From a virus (lineage: Duplodnaviria; Heunggongvirae; Uroviricota; Caudoviricetes), in IMG/VR virus record IMGVR_UViG_2529292920_000012: a stretch of 4,082 bases of DNA; one strand, given 5' to 3'. The position numbers were made by a program, and so were the translations under genes. The notes below the pieces were generated by a model that worked only from the letters and a program-made list of their open reading frames with translations, was not told where the DNA came from and did not search any database. Every line of letters starts with the position of its first letter. Position 1 is the stretch's first letter. Below are positions 1 through 4,082 of this stretch, piece after piece.

Positions 1-1
1 G

Positions 2-361
2 ATACAGCAACAGATGAAAACACTGTCGCGTCACTCAGATACGGCAAAAGCGTTCGCATACCTGCTGAAACAGTGGGACGCACTGAACGTGTACTGCAGT
101 AATGGCTGGGTGGAAATCGACAACAACATCGCAGAGAACGCCTTACGGGGAGTGGCCGTAGGCCGGAAAAACTGGATGTTCGCGGGTTCCGACAGCGGTG
201 GTGAACATGCGGCGGTGTTGTACTCGCTGATCGGCACATGCCGTCTGAACAATGTGGAGCCAGAAAAGTGGCTGCGTTACGTCATTGAACATATCCAGGA
301 CTGGCCGGCAAACCGGGTACGCGATCTGTTGCCCTGGAAAGTTGATCTGAGCTCTCAGTAA
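2..361 (+). CDS. tnpC: IS66-family transposase (TnpC/orf3 type), C-terminal 119 codons; 5' end lies outside the window
   Basis: The frame is open from base 2 with no upstream stop, and the stop codon TAA is at 359-361. The translation ...DNNIAENALRGVAVGRKNWMFAGSDSGGEHAAVLYSLIGTCRLNNVEPEKWLRYVIEHIQDWPANRVRDLLPWKV matches the conserved C-terminal signature of IS66 transposases (GRKNWLFAGS ... YSLI ... LLPW). The ATG at 14 is internal, not the true start. Confidence 0.9.
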   Translation: MQQQMKTLSRHSDTAKAFAYLLKQWDALNVYCSNGWVEIDNNIAENALRGVAVGRKNWMFAGSDSGGEHAAVLYSLIGTCRLNNVEPEKWLRYVIEHIQDWPANRVRDLLPWKVDLSSQ

Positions 362-371
362 ATATCAATAC

Positions 372-391
372 GGTTCTGACGAGTCGCTTAC
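372..391. repeat. Putative terminal inverted repeat (right end) of the IS66-family element
   Basis: Plus strand ggttctgacgagtcgcttac; reverse complement GTAAGCGACTCGTCAGAACC. The partner repeat is outside the window, so the exact boundary is uncertain by a few bp. Confidence 0.55.
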
Positions 392-983
392 TTTTCTTGT
401 CAGTTTCTGTTGATGCATAATCGCTGAAGTCTTTCAGGATTTGTTCGCAGTCAACCGATGGAGATGTCTGGTTGGTATTTTCTGGTGATGGTTTGTTATC
501 TGATGCTGGGATTGCCCATCCCGGCAGCGATGGAGGGAGCCAGTAAAATCCTGTTCCATCCTTGAGTTTTGCCCTGTGCCATCCCTGCTTTTTATCGAGA
601 GATGTTTGTGCGAAACCTTCCTCAAGGTTATACAGATACCGACCGATTCCCCACTGAACGGCAGCGCGCTTCATTGCACCGGAACGACCACCTTTTACGG
701 CTTCTACCTGCGTGTTTTCAGCAGCATCCCATTTGGTTACCCATTCGGAATCAATCCTGATTGATATGCCGCATTCAACGCCTCCGTTGTTGGGAATATC
801 TCGGTATTCATTGCGCCATCCTGCTTTGCCGCAAACATCGTCAAGGCGTTTCATGATTGCCCTGTTCGTGACATAAGCCAGCACCATAGCCCACACCTTG
901 CCATCGCGTGTTTTACCGCTTTGCTGTATTCGCCATTCGATATCTTCAGGGCTGAATGGCTCATCGAATTTATTCAAATCCAT
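392..983 (-). pseudogene. Rad52-like phage single-strand annealing protein (recombinase) gene, 3'-truncated by the IS66-family insertion
   Basis: ATG at 983-981 preceded by GAGGTG (988-993). The translation contains YVTNRAIMKRLDDVCGKAGWRNEY and EAVKGGRSGAMKRAAVQWGIGRYLY, which resemble the Rad52 N-terminal annealing-domain motifs as I recall them. The 233-codon ORF in the track (282-983) is a chimera: codon 198 onward (S-K-R-L-V-R...) is encoded by the IS terminal repeat and the antisense strand of the transposase 3' end. Confidence 0.6.
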
Positions 984-991
984 AATTCACC

Positions 992-1162
992 TCAGAATGG
1001 ACATGGACCAAGGAAATAACGCTGATTTAATACTTCGGTCTTTGCCGCATTTAAAAAGACGCGAACACCTTCACGATCTCCCTTCTGGCGATACATTAAC
1101 GCCTGCTGCGTGTACATGCGTCTCTGTAACTTGCTCTCCTTCACTGTGGTTGCAAGTGACAT
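992..1162 (-). CDS. Hypothetical small protein, 56 aa (MSLATTVKESKLQRRMYTQQALMYRQKGDREGVRVFLNAAKTEVLNQRYFLGPCPF); below the ORF-track size cut-off
   Basis: ATG at 1162-1160 with a strong Shine-Dalgarno AAGGAG (complement of 1169-1174) and a 6-nt spacer. Its TGA stop (994-992) lies inside the Shine-Dalgarno sequence of the downstream recombinase gene, a typical phage coupling arrangement. I do not recognise the protein. Confidence 0.5.
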   Translation of the reverse strand: MSLATTVKESKLQRRMYTQQALMYRQKGDREGVRVFLNAAKTEVLNQRYFLGPCPF

Positions 1163-1241
1163 GAATATCTCCTTCGTTACCGATTAATTCTTTCATCTGA
1201 CGAATGAATTCTTCGTCTGACCAGTTATCTGTAAAACTCAT
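1071..1241 (-). CDS. Hypothetical small protein, 56 aa (MSFTDNWSDEEFIRQMKELIGNEGDIH...); overlaps the 992-1162 ORF in another frame
   Basis: Its ATG (1241-1239) overlaps the kil-like stop codon in an ATGA coupling motif. The track ORF 1071-1256 starts 15 nt further upstream with no ribosome-binding site, so I prefer 1241. The last ~90 nt overlap the better-supported 992-1162 ORF, so the true 3' extent is doubtful. Confidence 0.3.
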   Translation of the reverse strand: MSFTDNWSDEEFIRQMKELIGNEGDIHVTCNHSEGEQVTETHVHAAGVNVSPEGRS

Positions 1242-1390
1242 TTCCTGCGGTACCACGGAAGGTTGATAGCTGATTTCATCGCTTTATTTGCTTCAAGCCA
1301 CATTTTTGAATCACCAATAAATCTGGCTATTACTGCTTTGTTTTGTGCCGCACGAAGCATCTGGTGATTAATGGCTATTTCATTGCGCAT
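1238..1390 (-). CDS. kil: Kil-like small protein (host cell-division inhibitor family), 50 aa
   Basis: ATG at 1390-1388 with GAGG 7 nt upstream. Translation MRNEIAINHQMLRAAQNKAVIARFIGDSKMWLEANKAMKSAINLPWYRRK. The segment ARFIGDSKMW...A.K resembles the central motif of lambda Kil as I remember it, and the gene sits immediately after cIII as in lambda. Assignment is from memory plus synteny. Confidence 0.5.
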   Translation of the reverse strand: MRNEIAINHQMLRAAQNKAVIARFIGDSKMWLEANKAMKSAINLPWYRRK

Positions 1391-1506
1391 AATAAGACCT
1401 CAACTCTTTTCCATCCGTCACGTAATTTACGGGTGATTCGTTCAAGTAAAGATTCATTTAGTTGGAAGGCACCCATGCGAGCGCCTCCCGCGATTACGTA
1501 AATCAT
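1375..1506 (-). CDS. cIII: CIII-like protein (lambdoid FtsH-inhibitor / lysogeny regulator), 43 aa
   Basis: ATG at 1506-1504 with AAGGA 7 nt upstream. Translation MIYVIAGGARMGAFQLNESLLERITRKLRDGWKRVEVLLCAMK. The core ESLLERITRKLRDGWKR is identical to the amphipathic-helix core of lambda CIII as I recall it; the N-terminus (IAG...) is also similar, while the C-terminus differs and is shorter. Confidence 0.75.
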   Translation of the reverse strand: MIYVIAGGARMGAFQLNESLLERITRKLRDGWKRVEVLLCAMK

Positions 1507-1530
1507 GGGTGGTTCCTTATATTGGTTTTA

Positions 1531-4081
<2,551 letters not shown>

Positions 4082-4082
4082 T

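Larger units (their letters stand above)
1..391 (+). mobile_element. Right-hand end of an IS66-family insertion sequence; the element continues upstream of the window
   Basis: Contains the 3' part of an IS66-type transposase gene ending at 361, followed 10 bp later by a 20-bp terminal sequence (372-391) whose reverse complement begins GTAAGCG, the terminus I recall for IS66-family inverted repeats. The minus-strand gene to the right is interrupted exactly at 391/392. Confidence 0.8.

Noticed and set aside
31-625. Minus-strand ORFs 31-252 and 434-625
   Set aside because: The first is antisense to the conserved transposase frame and the second is an alternate frame inside the recombinase gene. 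Neither has start signals or recognisable motifs.
282-983. The 233-aa track ORF taken as an intact gene
   Set aside because: Its last 36 codons are encoded by the IS66-family terminal repeat and the antisense strand of the transposase 3' end. The native gene is interrupted at 391/392.
569-1164. Plus-strand ORFs 569-760, 576-764 and 898-1164
   Set aside because: They are antisense to the recombinase and small-ORF genes, have no ribosome-binding sites and no recognisable protein features. They are most likely open by chance.
1071-1256. Start codon at 1256 for the 61-aa track ORF
   Set aside because: No Shine-Dalgarno sequence upstream of 1256. The ATG at 1241 is coupled to the kil-like stop (ATGA) and is the more plausible start, and even then the ORF overlaps a better-supported ORF.

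Overview
This window is a mosaic of three blocks, with insertion sequences truncating the genes at both edges of the middle block. (1) 1-391: the right-hand end of an IS66-family element, carrying the C-terminal part of its transposase and a terminal repeat ending at about 391. (2) 392-2127: a 1.7-kb remnant of a lambdoid-prophage early-left (pL-type) operon, all on the minus strand and tightly packed. In transcription order it holds a 5'-truncated ER/K-rich coiled-coil ORF, a cIII homologue, a kil-like ORF, two overlapping 56-codon ORFs I cannot assign, and a Rad52-like single-strand annealing protein gene whose 3' end is cut off by the IS66 element. (3) 2128-4081: an apparently complete IS100-like (IS21-family) element with intact istA and an istB split by a frame disruption. 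I see no rRNA, tRNA or CRISPR array and cannot support a complete novel system. The items most worth follow-up are the unassigned small ORFs in the position where lambda carries gam, and the truncated Rad52-type recombinase. All homology statements come from reading the translations and from memory, not from database searches.
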